Origin: a virus
Lineage: Duplodnaviria; Caudoviricetes
Length of the DNA: 64,000 nucleotides
Virus record (IMG/VR): IMGVR_UViG_3300010283_000005
Span: 64,001-128,000 of that record
Direction: 5' to 3' (one strand)
The position numbers and the translations under genes were made by a program. The notes below the pieces were generated by a model, which saw only the letters and a program-made list of their open reading frames with translations, was not told where the DNA came from and made no database searches. This document shows positions 20,683 through 29,347 of the stretch, piece after piece; position 1 is the stretch's first letter; each line of letters opens with the position of its first letter.

Positions 20683-22048
20683 AGTTAATTTTGACTACAT
20701 TGGTAGTAATGAACAATTAAGTCCTGCCAAGGTCAACGCTAACTTCCAGACACTAGAGAATATGATTAACTCTGGTGAGCTAAGTGGCGGTGGCGGAGGT
20801 GGTACTGTCACGGGTTCTGAGTATGGAGTTGAATGGGATATCACTAATAAAAGATTCACTAGACTGAATAATGCATTAGGATTGTCTGCTACGCTCGGAT
20901 CCAATGGCATTGTCAGCTCAGATTTTGATAATGTCTACCCTTGGTCGGAGATGAGACGATGCAATCTAAGTGATGACGGAGTAGTCACTGCCTACTACGG
21001 AGACTCGAATTTCTCAGAGACTGGATCTAATGGTCAGGTCATGGTCGAGATTCCTAAGTTCTATTATAAGACAATTCCAGTAGCCTACACAGTGAGCAAT
21101 GGAGATGTAGTTCCTACTAAAGTACAGTTCTACATATCTGATGCTAAACTGGATGGATACTCTCTTCATCCAGCATTTATCCGAGATAATGTCATCCTTG
21201 ATTATATCTACCTTGGAGCGTATGAAGCATCTGTCTACGATGTATCAGCTGCTAGGTATGTAGCTGACTTCGGATTCGATGGTGCTAATGATATCCTCGG
21301 ATCAGTCAAAGGTCTCAAGCCAGTAAGTGGAAAGACTTCTACTTTCACTAGAGCAATTGCTCGTAATATGGCTCGTAGACGTGGTGCTGGATGGGAACAG
21401 CAGGATTTCTTATCCACTAGTGCAGTTCAGCTCATGATGTTGATAGAATTCGCATCATTCGATAGTCAGACTGATATTGGTGCAGGTGTCTCTAATAAGA
21501 CTGATGATGGATCCAGTAACATGGCTGAAAATACTGGATACACCTCTGAATTAGGTAATAAATCTGGTAATGCTGCTACTTCTAGTAGCTCTTATAGAGC
21601 AGTTACTTATCGTGGTATTGAGAACCTATGGGGCAATATTTGGGTATGGATCGATGGCATCAATATCCAGAACAGTAGCCTTGGGTATCCTTGGATTGCT
21701 GATCATGGATTCGCTGATGATATCATGACTGAACCATATCATCGGATCAATGGTAAGATTCCTGCATCTGATGGATACATCGATAAGCTTATTTATGATG
21801 TATCCAATGACTTTGCAATGCTACCTTCTTCAGCTGGTGGTGCATCAAATACTCCTGTCAACAGCTATATGTGGCAGAGAGTAGCATCTACTTCAATGAT
21901 GGTGGCTGGGCTTGGTGGTAGCTGGCTTTATGGCTCTGCTTGTGGTGGCTGGGGCTGGGGTCTGGCTTATGCCTCTTCTTATTCTGGTCGGGATATCGGG
22001 GCTCGGCTTGGATTCTACAAGAAGACGACTCATGCTCAAGCTGCGTAA
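20675..22048 (+). CDS. DGR2 target: receptor-binding protein with CLec/FGE-like C-terminal domain
   Basis: GQVMVEIPKFY, YLGAYE, YRGIENLWGNIW, GGSW...IGARL; the 3' end is VR2. Confidence 0.85.
   Translation: MPKVNFDYIGSNEQLSPAKVNANFQTLENMINSGELSGGGGGGTVTGSEYGVEWDITNKRFTRLNNALGLSATLGSNGIVSSDFDNVYPWSEMRRCNLSDDGVVTAYYGDSNFSETGSNGQVMVEIPKFYYKTIPVAYTVSNGDVVPTKVQFYISDAKLDGYSLHPAFIRDNVILDYIYLGAYEASVYDVSAARYVADFGFDGANDILGSVKGLKPVSGKTSTFTRAIARNMARRRGAGWEQQDFLSTSAVQLMMLIEFASFDSQTDIGAGVSNKTDDGSSNMAENTGYTSELGNKSGNAATSSSSYRAVTYRGIENLWGNIWVWIDGINIQNSSLGYPWIADHGFADDIMTEPYHRINGKIPASDGYIDKLIYDVSNDFAMLPSSAGGASNTPVNSYMWQRVASTSMMVAGLGGSWLYGSACGGWGWGLAYASSYSGRDIGARLGFYKKTTHAQAA
21902..22016 (+). repeat. DGR2 variable repeat VR2
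   Basis: 115-nt ungapped match to 22225-22339; 25 mismatches at TR adenines (18 G, 4 T, 3 C) plus one T>G. Confidence 0.95.
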
Positions 22049-22052
22049 TCGG

Positions 22053-22071
22053 TGCTAATTAAAAATTAGCA
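22053..22071 (+). promoter_or_regulatory. Hairpin/cruciform 3' of VR2 (candidate DGR target-recognition element)
   Basis: TGCTAATT-AAA-AATTAGCA, 8-bp stem just after the target stop; position analogous to the BPP-1 post-IMH hairpin. Confidence 0.6.
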
Positions 22072-22189
22072 TCTTTCCTATAAATTGTAGGTTATATCCT
22101 ATGAGTGACCGATGGTACTAACCATAATTGATCGCAGGTGATTTGATCACTTGTTCCATGAACCTAGAACTGCTCAGTCGCATCTATGT

Positions 22190-22220
22190 AATTTATGGGA
22201 GGGAATCCCTCCCATAAATT
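22190..22220 (+). repeat. 31-nt perfect inverted repeat immediately 5' of TR2
   Basis: AATTTATGGGAGGGA-A-TCCCTCCCATAAATT. Confidence 0.85.
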
Positions 22221-22224
22221 TCAA

Positions 22225-22339
22225 GTGGCTAAACTTGGTGGTAACTGGAATAATGGCTCTAATTGTGGTAGCTGGTACTGGAATCTGAATAATACCTCTT
22301 CTAATTCTAATCGGAATATCGGAGCTCAGCTTAAATTCT
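22225..22339 (+). repeat. DGR2 template repeat TR2
   Basis: AAY-rich copy of VR2 upstream of RT2 (32 adenines). Confidence 0.95.
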
Positions 22340-22525
22340 TACTATAATATTGGATATGGTGTAGGATATGACCTGACCTCTCGGTCGAACATAAAAATAG
22401 CAGAACTTTAATCTGTGTTAGTAGGTCCTTCATTTTATGATTTATATTATACATTGATGTGGCTCGGACGCTCAGAACTGCGTAAGAATCCAATAAATAA
22501 ATACAAAGGAGGATAACCTCGAGGT

Positions 22526-23623
22526 ATGAAACGCATCGGGAATCTATACGATGAAGTATGTAGTATCGAGAACCTGCGTGAAGCACATCAGCGTGCACGT
22601 AAAGGTAAAGGATGGTACGCTGAGGTAATTGCTGTCGATAATGACTTGGATAATAAACTTGAAGAATTGTCCAAGATGATGAAAGAACACCGCTACCGTA
22701 CTAGTGAGTATACGATCTTTAAGAAGAAGGAAGGTAAGAAAGTCAGAGAAATCTGTAAACTTCCTTATTATCCTGATCGAATCGCTCAATGGGCAGTAAT
22801 GCTCGTAATTGAGAAGTATCTCACTAAGAATCTGATTATTGATACATACTCAGCAATCAAGGGTAGAGGAATTCATAAAGGTCTCAAGAAGATCAAAGAA
22901 TGCATACTTAATGATGCTGAAGGGACTAAGTACTGCTTAAAGATGGATGTTCATCATTACTACGCAAGTATTAATCATGATATCCTCAAAGCTACTTTCG
23001 CTAGATTATTTAAAGATCCAGACTTATTATGGCTGATCGGAGAGATTATCGATTCTACTCCGGGAGATACTGGTATTCCAATCGGTAATTATTTATCGCA
23101 ATGGAGTGGCAATATCTACTTGAGTAGGCTAGATCACTGGCTGAAAGAAGTTAAGCATGTCAAGTATTACTTCCGATACATGGATGACATGATCATCCTA
23201 TGTGATAGTAAAGAAACCTTGCATCAACTGAGAAAAGATATCTCTGAGTACTTAGAGACTAATCTTAAACTGAAACTTAAATCTAACTGGCAAGTCTTCC
23301 CTACTTTAGTAAGAGGAATTGACTTCTTAGGATACAGATTCTTCCGTGATTATGTATTACTGAGACAATCTATCGCTGATAAGTTCAAATCTACTATGCT
23401 TAAGATTAAGCATAAGTTAGTTACTGGAAAGTCCATCACTTACCATGACTTCTGCTCAGCTAATAGCTATAAGGGATGGCTAAAGCACTGTGATTCATGG
23501 CGAATAAGACTTAAGTATATAGTACCTATTCAACCTAGTCTAGATGACTATTATAGAAAGGAGATCAAGAATCATGGAACCAAAACGAATCGATTATCAG
23601 GTCCAGTCTACTGTCAAGCCTGA
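22526..23623 (+). CDS. DGR reverse transcriptase RT2
   Basis: MKRIGNLY, PDRIAQWA, GRGIH, KMDVHHYY, GIPIGNYLSQ, YFRYMDD and IDFLGY motifs. Confidence 0.95.
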   Translation: MKRIGNLYDEVCSIENLREAHQRARKGKGWYAEVIAVDNDLDNKLEELSKMMKEHRYRTSEYTIFKKKEGKKVREICKLPYYPDRIAQWAVMLVIEKYLTKNLIIDTYSAIKGRGIHKGLKKIKECILNDAEGTKYCLKMDVHHYYASINHDILKATFARLFKDPDLLWLIGEIIDSTPGDTGIPIGNYLSQWSGNIYLSRLDHWLKEVKHVKYYFRYMDDMIILCDSKETLHQLRKDISEYLETNLKLKLKSNWQVFPTLVRGIDFLGYRFFRDYVLLRQSIADKFKSTMLKIKHKLVTGKSITYHDFCSANSYKGWLKHCDSWRIRLKYIVPIQPSLDDYYRKEIKNHGTKTNRLSGPVYCQA

Positions 23624-24326
23624 TGCTATTGCTATGACTGACTTCGAAGTCTTTATCAGAACTAACATCTCTGCTAAAGAAGTAGAAGATGAGATGTCCT
23701 CTAGTAGCAAGAAGAAATCTACTCATACGATGTATATCTATACTGAAATTGTATATGATAAGAACGAGTACTTCACTAAGCTAGCAGAATCTACTGATCT
23801 ACCAGTAGTGGTCGATCGAGCTGCTATGTCAGATGAAGACCTAATTGCTTACCTCAAGAATTACTTCAATCAGAAGTGCGAAGATGCACTAGCAGTTGGT
23901 ATTGAAGTTGATGTACCTGACTTAGGTAGAAAAAACTTCAGCTGCAAGCTAGAAGATCAGGTCAATATCGAAGCTATAGCTAAGGGCATCACTGCTGATA
24001 CTACTGAGGTTTATTATCACTCCAATGGTGATAAATGCCGTCTGTATGATGTAGCTACCTTTGCAGAGATCACTGGTAAGGTGTTCGTATGCAAGTACCA
24101 GCAGACTGCATACTGTAATCTACTCAAATCCTATGTAGAGGGTGAAGCTACTGCGGATGAGCGTAGAACTATCGAGTATGGAGATGTACCTTCTGAGGAG
24201 TTCAGCAATGAGCTATCTAAGATCGTACTGCAAGGAGTTACTTCTACTGCAGCTAGCTTCCTTACTCCAAATGAGACTTTCAACAAAGTCATCGAGTCAC
24301 TAGTTTCTCAGTTAACTAGCAATTAA
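23574..24326 (+). CDS. DUF4376-like tail-associated protein
   Basis: CEDALAVGI...FSCKLEDQVNI...YH..G..CRLY...YCNLLK..IEYG; AAGGAG RBS lies inside the RT2 3' end. Confidence 0.55.
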   Translation: MEPKRIDYQVQSTVKPDAIAMTDFEVFIRTNISAKEVEDEMSSSSKKKSTHTMYIYTEIVYDKNEYFTKLAESTDLPVVVDRAAMSDEDLIAYLKNYFNQKCEDALAVGIEVDVPDLGRKNFSCKLEDQVNIEAIAKGITADTTEVYYHSNGDKCRLYDVATFAEITGKVFVCKYQQTAYCNLLKSYVEGEATADERRTIEYGDVPSEEFSNELSKIVLQGVTSTAASFLTPNETFNKVIESLVSQLTSN

Positions 24327-24345
24327 CTAGAAAGTAGGTGATAAC

Positions 24346-24813
24346 ATGCGAAATTCTTCTAAATTGTTGAAAGTACTTCTGATCTGGTTCATCCTAGGCA
24401 TGATGTACTTCACTTTAGAAGGAATTTGGAGGATACCTAAAGGCGGATACGCTAATATCGCTATGTTACCAGTAGGTGGATTGTGTGGATTATGTGTAGG
24501 TACCATCAACCAGATTCCTAAGTTCTATAATATGAAGATCATATATCAATCTATTATAGGAGCAGTAATCACAACTATCATAGAATTCATTTCAGGATTA
24601 TTCCTGAACTGCTACTTACAATTAGGAATATGGGATTACTCAAACTTGCCATTTAATATATTAGGTCAAGTATGCTTACCATTCAGTCTGATTTGGTTTG
24701 TCATCATGCCTTTATGCATATGGTTAGAAGATAAGATTCGTTACGTATTCTGGAACGAAGGTAGTAATTACTCACTGAAGTCTATCTATGTAGAATTCAT
24801 TACTCTACATTAA
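24346..24813 (+). CDS. Membrane protein (putative ABC-transporter-permease-like/CmpB family)
   Basis: About four TM segments; EFISG...WDYSNLPFNILGQVCL motif. Confidence 0.7.
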   Translation: MRNSSKLLKVLLIWFILGMMYFTLEGIWRIPKGGYANIAMLPVGGLCGLCVGTINQIPKFYNMKIIYQSIIGAVITTIIEFISGLFLNCYLQLGIWDYSNLPFNILGQVCLPFSLIWFVIMPLCIWLEDKIRYVFWNEGSNYSLKSIYVEFITLH

Positions 24814-24843
24814 CTAATCATATGTATAGAAGGAGGTCAGCCA

Positions 24844-25392
24844 ATGGACAGTCTAATGAAATTGGTAGGTGATTATGAAATCGATGGAATAAAGGTAGCT
24901 ACTTTTATTTTACTGATCTCAGCAATCGTCTATCTGTACAAATTATACAAGAAAGCTAAGCAATTAATAATTGCTAAGTATGAGGAAGAAACTGAGAAAG
25001 ATAAGAAGATCAATGAAACTTATAATAGAATGGAGCAATATCAGGAGGATCAGAAGAAGTTACTAGGTACAATAGAGAAAATGCAGAGAATGCAGGAGAA
25101 ACTCTCTGAGCAGCTTCATCAGATCGATGAGAAGAATAAGAAATATGAGCTAGCCAATTCTCGAGATAGATTGCTTCAGAGTTATCGTTATTATACTAAT
25201 AGGGAGAAAAACCCTATGCAATCTTGGACTGAACTGGAGAAAGAAGCATTCTTCGAAGTATTTGGAAATTACGAGGATGCTGGTGGAGATGGATTCATGC
25301 ATACTACAGTTCAGCCTGAGATGAATAAGCTCACTGTCATTCCAATGCATGAAACTACTGAGATTGCTGAGCTCATGGCTAGCCGACGCTAA
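24844..25392 (+). CDS. Membrane-anchored coiled-coil protein (holin-like/lysis accessory)
   Basis: N-terminal TM, coiled coil, Y..AGGDG motif; directly upstream of the endolysin. Confidence 0.5.
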   Translation: MDSLMKLVGDYEIDGIKVATFILLISAIVYLYKLYKKAKQLIIAKYEEETEKDKKINETYNRMEQYQEDQKKLLGTIEKMQRMQEKLSEQLHQIDEKNKKYELANSRDRLLQSYRYYTNREKNPMQSWTELEKEAFFEVFGNYEDAGGDGFMHTTVQPEMNKLTVIPMHETTEIAELMASRR

Positions 25393-25442
25393 GGTATTAA
25401 CCTAATTGGTTGATATAAATATTCAGAAAGGGAGGTCATAGT

Positions 25443-26879
25443 ATGACTAATCAGGAATTTATCGAGCAAGTCGCTAAGTATGTCAGAAAGTATGCTAAAT
25501 CTTATGGAATTCTAGTACACAGTCCTATCATTGCTCAGGCTATCCTTGAGAGTGGATGGGGTAAAAGTTCCCTAGCTGCAAAGTACCATAACTACTTTGG
25601 ACTCAAGTGTGGTAGCAAGTGGACTGGTAAGTCAGTCAACATGACTACTCAAGAGGAGTACTCAGTAGGTACACTCACTACTATCAAGGATAATTTCCGA
25701 GTTTATGATAGTATGGAGGATGGAATCAAGGGCTACTTTGAATTCATTCAGTTAGCTAGATATGCTAACCTGAAAGGTATCACTGATCCTAAGACTTACT
25801 TAGAGACTATCAAGGCAGATGGTTATGCTACTAGTAGCAAGTATGTAGACAATAACTACAACTTGATCACTCAGTATAACCTTACGAAATATGATAAGAA
25901 GGAGGATAATGCGTCTATGAAAACTAGAAGTGCAGTAGTTGCTCTAGCTCAGTCGTGGCTAGGCAAGAATGAAGCTGATGGAAGCTATAAATCCATCATC
26001 GACATCTACAATTCCTATAAGGGTACATTCCCTCGTGGTACTAAGATGTCTTACAGCTGGGCATGGTGCGCATGTACTTGGTCAGCTCTAGCAATCAAGC
26101 TAGGATACACTGATATCATGCCTATTGAAATCAGCTGCTATTATATCATCCAGAGTGCTAAGGCTATGGGTATCTGGGTCGAAGATGATGCCTATGTTCC
26201 TAGTCCAGGTGATGCAGTACTGTATGATTGGGATGACAATGGTATTGGTGACAATACTGGTAACCCTGATCATATCGGTACTGTGGAGACAGTCAATGCA
26301 TCCGCTGGTACTTTCACTGTCATCGAGGGTAATTATTCCAATGCAGTAAAACGTAGAACTATGGGCATCAATGGTAAATTCATCAGAGGATTTATCTGCC
26401 CTAAGTATGATGCTACGGGAGAAGTTCCTACTCCTAGCTACACTAAGAAATCTACTGAGGAGATCGCTAAGGAAGTCATTGCAGGTAGATGGGGTACTGG
26501 TGATACTCGTAAGACTGCTCTGACTAACGCAGGCTATGATTATGCTACAATTCAGGATAAGGTCAATGAACTCCTGAAATCTGGTGGCACCTCTACTCCT
26601 GCTAAGAAATCAGTAGATACCATTGCTGATGAAGTTCTTCAGGGTATCTGGGGTAATGGTGATACTCGTAAGAAGAAACTTGAAGCTGCTGGATACAATT
26701 ATTCTGAAGTTCAGGCTGCAGTCAATCGCAAAGTCAAAGGATCCACTAAATCAGTTACTGCAGTAGCTAAAGAAGTCATTGCAGGTAAATGGGGTAATGG
26801 ATCTGAGCGTAAGAAGAAACTCGAAGCAGCAGGATATAATTACTCCGAGGTTCAGGCTATGGTGAATAAGCTTCTCTAA
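25443..26879 (+). CDS. Endolysin: GH73 glucosaminidase + CHAP + 3 CW_7-like repeats
   Basis: AQAILESGWG, NYFGLK, GYATS; WCA, DHIG and IEGN; three copies of A.EVI.G.WG.G..RK..L..AGY.Y..VQ..VN. Confidence 0.9.
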   Translation: MTNQEFIEQVAKYVRKYAKSYGILVHSPIIAQAILESGWGKSSLAAKYHNYFGLKCGSKWTGKSVNMTTQEEYSVGTLTTIKDNFRVYDSMEDGIKGYFEFIQLARYANLKGITDPKTYLETIKADGYATSSKYVDNNYNLITQYNLTKYDKKEDNASMKTRSAVVALAQSWLGKNEADGSYKSIIDIYNSYKGTFPRGTKMSYSWAWCACTWSALAIKLGYTDIMPIEISCYYIIQSAKAMGIWVEDDAYVPSPGDAVLYDWDDNGIGDNTGNPDHIGTVETVNASAGTFTVIEGNYSNAVKRRTMGINGKFIRGFICPKYDATGEVPTPSYTKKSTEEIAKEVIAGRWGTGDTRKTALTNAGYDYATIQDKVNELLKSGGTSTPAKKSVDTIADEVLQGIWGNGDTRKKKLEAAGYNYSEVQAAVNRKVKGSTKSVTAVAKEVIAGKWGNGSERKKKLEAAGYNYSEVQAMVNKLL

Positions 26880-26917
26880 GCTAATTCATATATCAAATTT
26901 ATAAGGAGGTACTTATT

Positions 26918-27385
26918 ATGGAAGCAATTCAGGGTGCATTATTGGATGCAGGTGTCACTATTGCAGTAGCTCTCATCAGCTTACTTGCAATCGTAGCAGT
27001 TCTCTACATTAACAAGCTTAAGGCTAAGGTGATCGCAGAGACTGAGAAGATCAATGATCAGGCTACTCGCGACTATGCTCAGGGAGTCCTGACTAAGGTC
27101 ACGGATGCCTTATCGATCGCAGTCGATAAGATGGAATCCACGATGGTCAAAGAATTAAAGGGTAAATCTTCTGACGGTAAGCTCACTAAGGAGGAGCAGA
27201 AGGAGATTGCTGACCAGGCTAAGAAACTAGCAAATGAAATTCTAGGTACTGACATGAAGAACTTGCTAGTAGGCATCATTGGTGATTCTGAGAAATATGT
27301 GGATGCTCAGATTGCATCCCTAGTCATTCAGAAGAAGAATGAGCTACTAGGTCAGACTGAGGATAATAGCTCACTCAACAGCTGA
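26918..27385 (+). CDS. Holin-like protein
   Basis: N-terminal TM, then AV...E...V.ELK....DGKLT.EE pattern; follows the endolysin. Confidence 0.6.
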   Translation: MEAIQGALLDAGVTIAVALISLLAIVAVLYINKLKAKVIAETEKINDQATRDYAQGVLTKVTDALSIAVDKMESTMVKELKGKSSDGKLTKEEQKEIADQAKKLANEILGTDMKNLLVGIIGDSEKYVDAQIASLVIQKKNELLGQTEDNSSLNS

Positions 27386-27411
27386 GCTACTCTCTAATCA
27401 TAATAAGGTAT

Positions 27412-27453
27412 AAAAATGGGGTAGGATCCTACAATGGGTCCTACCCTGTTTTA
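27412..27453. terminator. Bidirectional intrinsic terminator
   Basis: AAAAA-TGGGGTAGGATCC-loop-GGGTCCTACCCTG-TTTT between convergent genes. Confidence 0.75.
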
Positions 27454-27957
27454 TTATGCATTGATAATCTTCTTGCTGATCTCAAGATTAGGATACTTTT
27501 GAGATACATGACTAGGTATCTCACGATGGATGCAATTACGTAGCTGCATCTTAGCTAGCTTAACTCCAGCTGACTCCAAGTCATCACATAAGGACTGAAG
27601 TCGAATATACTTGTGACCATTCCAAGTGTACTCACTATGATCAATCTTGCCAGCTACCATATAGATATCTACGTCAATATGTACTTCAGTAGGATTAACT
27701 TCTTCCTCATGATCATCTGCCACGTAGTAACTAGTAGGAATATCACTAGTCTCATCATCATACTCTAGTAATCCTAAGTAAGCCTTAGGCACTCTATGCT
27801 TAGTAGCGATAAACTGCAGCTGAGCTGGTTTGATGTCTACTCCAAGTAGAGCTAGCTTACTCACTACTTCATGAGAATCAATCACTTCGCCATTTATCTT
27901 ATAAATCACATCATGATGATTATCATAGCATTTACTCAATTTGATTGGCATATCCAC
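27454..27957 (-). CDS. Hypothetical protein with two internal HTH-like repeats
   Basis: The only credible minus-strand gene: AAGGAGGT RBS, its own GAGT-N17-CGTTTATA promoter and a terminator. Confidence 0.65.
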   Translation of the reverse strand: MDMPIKLSKCYDNHHDVIYKINGEVIDSHEVVSKLALLGVDIKPAQLQFIATKHRVPKAYLGLLEYDDETSDIPTSYYVADDHEEEVNPTEVHIDVDIYMVAGKIDHSEYTWNGHKYIRLQSLCDDLESAGVKLAKMQLRNCIHREIPSHVSQKYPNLEISKKIINA

Positions 27958-27970
27958 ACCTCCTTACCAT

Positions 27971-27999
27971 TATAAACGTATCTATGAAAAAATTTACTC
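27971..27999 (-). promoter_or_regulatory. Phage promoter motif GAGY-N17-CGTTTATA
   Basis: Reverse strand reads GAGT-17 nt-CGTTTATA upstream of the minus-strand gene. Confidence 0.75.
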
Positions 28000-28017
28000 A
28001 AATTTAGTAAAAACCTT

Positions 28018-28046
28018 TTGACATTTGACGTAAAATGTGTTATAAT
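28018..28046 (+). promoter_or_regulatory. Host sigma-A/70 early promoter 1
   Basis: TTGACA-17 nt-TATAAT with extended TG and an A/T-rich UP region. Confidence 0.9.
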
Positions 28047-28070
28047 TAGTATAGGGGGTAACTAAATATA

Positions 28071-28099
28071 GAGTAATTAGAAGGTGATGAACGTTTATA
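28071..28099 (+). promoter_or_regulatory. Phage promoter motif GAGY-N17-CGTTTATA
   Basis: GAGT-17 nt-CGTTTATA between the two sigma-A promoters. Confidence 0.75.
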
Positions 28100-28189
28100 G
28101 GTAAGGAAAGGAAGGTTTCGGCAAATTGCCCAAATTTCACACCCTAGATTTGGTCAAAACGCTGAAATTTAAAAATTTGCTAAAAACGT

Positions 28190-28218
28190 TTGCAATTTGA
28201 CGTAAAATGTGTTATAAT
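28190..28218 (+). promoter_or_regulatory. Host sigma-A/70 early promoter 2
   Basis: TTGCAA-17 nt-TATAAT with extended TG. Confidence 0.85.
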
Positions 28219-28304
28219 TAGTATAGGGGGTAACTAAATATAGCAAGATGAGGTTACCAACTAAGCTTAAGAAGAAATTCACTTAAATAAGGAGTTCCAT
28301 TAAA

Positions 28305-29285
28305 ATGGCAGAGAACAAAGAATTCAAATTTGAAGGTAACGAAGTTGATCTTGAGGAAGTCCTCAAGTGGGCAAATGGTCTGGTTAAGGAAGCTAAGGCT
28401 AGCAAGGCTGATGAAAAGATGAACAAGGTTAAGGAGATCGTTGAGGGAGTTGCTCGTAAGTATGCTTCCAAGTGGATCGATCGCGAAGACCTGGAGCAGG
28501 ACTTGTGGGTATCTAGCTTGGAGCTCATCAATCGTTGCGGAGGAATTGAAAATACCGACCTCAAGCTCATCGCTAAGAATGCTTGGAATAAGGCAGTTGA
28601 CTCCTACCGCTACAACCGCAGAAGACATGATTCCAAAGTTCGCTTGATTGATGAGAGCGAATCCGACGATGGTGATTATTCTGCTGGTGGAGCGGATCAA
28701 GCTCAGTACTTCACAGCCAAATCAAGGACAGGCTATGATGAAGCAATTCTGAGAGAGGTAATCGATCTCTTCCCTGAAGGATCCAGACAGCGTAAGTATG
28801 TGGTCGCTAAGCTGTACTCCTATGGTGAAATCGATGACAACTCCGGATTGCCTGATGAACTTCAGCTCCCTGAGGCTGATGACGAAGCGAGCTTCCTGAA
28901 GCTGATCGGATTCAACTCCCGTTATCCTGCTTCTTGGGGCAAGATGAAATATGAAATCCGTGAGAAGATCTACCGTTACTTAGGTCTGATGCCGGAGTCT
29001 TACGAAGACGATCCTAAGAAAATGCTCGAGTGCATCCGTGATCGAGTTGAGACCTTGTTCAGTGAGACTCGTTCTGGATACATTGGTTTGGACAGGCTTG
29101 CAAAGGATAAGGTTCTGATCCTGATGGGTGCAAATGAAGATCGCATCTGGGAAGCTATGACTTCCAGCAGAAAGCTCCTCAGAGGACTCACTGCTCAGGG
29201 TGGCAAGTTCTTAATGAAGGACGAGCCTAGATACCACAAGAACTCCGAGAAGAACCACGATGTAATCATTCCTCGTGAGAAATAA
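28305..29285 (+). CDS. Phage RNA polymerase sigma-factor-like protein
   Basis: VARKY...DREDLEQDLWV..LE...AWNKAVDSYRYNRRR resembles sigma70 region 2; LREVIDLFPE...R resembles the start of region 4; sits behind strong host promoters. Confidence 0.7.
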   Translation: MAENKEFKFEGNEVDLEEVLKWANGLVKEAKASKADEKMNKVKEIVEGVARKYASKWIDREDLEQDLWVSSLELINRCGGIENTDLKLIAKNAWNKAVDSYRYNRRRHDSKVRLIDESESDDGDYSAGGADQAQYFTAKSRTGYDEAILREVIDLFPEGSRQRKYVVAKLYSYGEIDDNSGLPDELQLPEADDEASFLKLIGFNSRYPASWGKMKYEIREKIYRYLGLMPESYEDDPKKMLECIRDRVETLFSETRSGYIGLDRLAKDKVLILMGANEDRIWEAMTSSRKLLRGLTAQGGKFLMKDEPRYHKNSEKNHDVIIPREK

Positions 29286-29300
29286 GAGGACAGGCTATCG

Positions 29301-29330
29301 GTCAGCTCTGAGCAATCGGAGCTGACTTTT
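29301..29330 (+). terminator. Intrinsic terminator
   Basis: GTCAGCTCTGA-GCAA-TCGGAGCTGAC-TTTT. Confidence 0.85.
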
Positions 29331-29347
29331 GTCGTCAGACGTTTATA
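29319..29347 (+). promoter_or_regulatory. Phage promoter motif GAGY-N17-CGTTTATA
   Basis: GAGC-17 nt-CGTTTATA overlapping the terminator. Confidence 0.75.

Larger units (their letters stand above)
21902..23623 (+). mobile_element. Diversity-generating retroelement 2 (VR2-hairpin-TR2-RT2, no avd)
   Basis: TR/VR pair plus RT with IGNYLSQ and YMDD. Confidence 0.93.
28023..28243 (+). repeat. Exact 49-bp direct repeat (28023-28071 and 28195-28243)
   Basis: ATTTGACGTAAAATGTGTTATAATTAGTATAGGGGGTAACTAAATATAG occurs twice, 172 nt apart. Confidence 0.9.

Noticed and set aside
22326-22598. Minus-strand 90-aa ORF as a possible avd for DGR2
   Set aside because: Antisense to the TR spacer and RT start, no RBS seen, no Avd-like features.
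9275-23623. RTs as group II intron, retron or Abi RTs
   Set aside because: Short RTs without maturase/endonuclease domains, each adjacent to a TR/VR pair with A-specific mismatches.
26445-26876. Three ~140-nt imperfect repeats in the endolysin
   Set aside because: Ordinary CW_7-like cell-wall-binding repeats; mismatches are not adenine-specific, so not a DGR.
28023-28243. 49-bp repeat as a CRISPR mini-array or att site
   Set aside because: Only two copies with a 123-nt gap, each matching a sigma-A promoter; no cas or integrase gene in the window.
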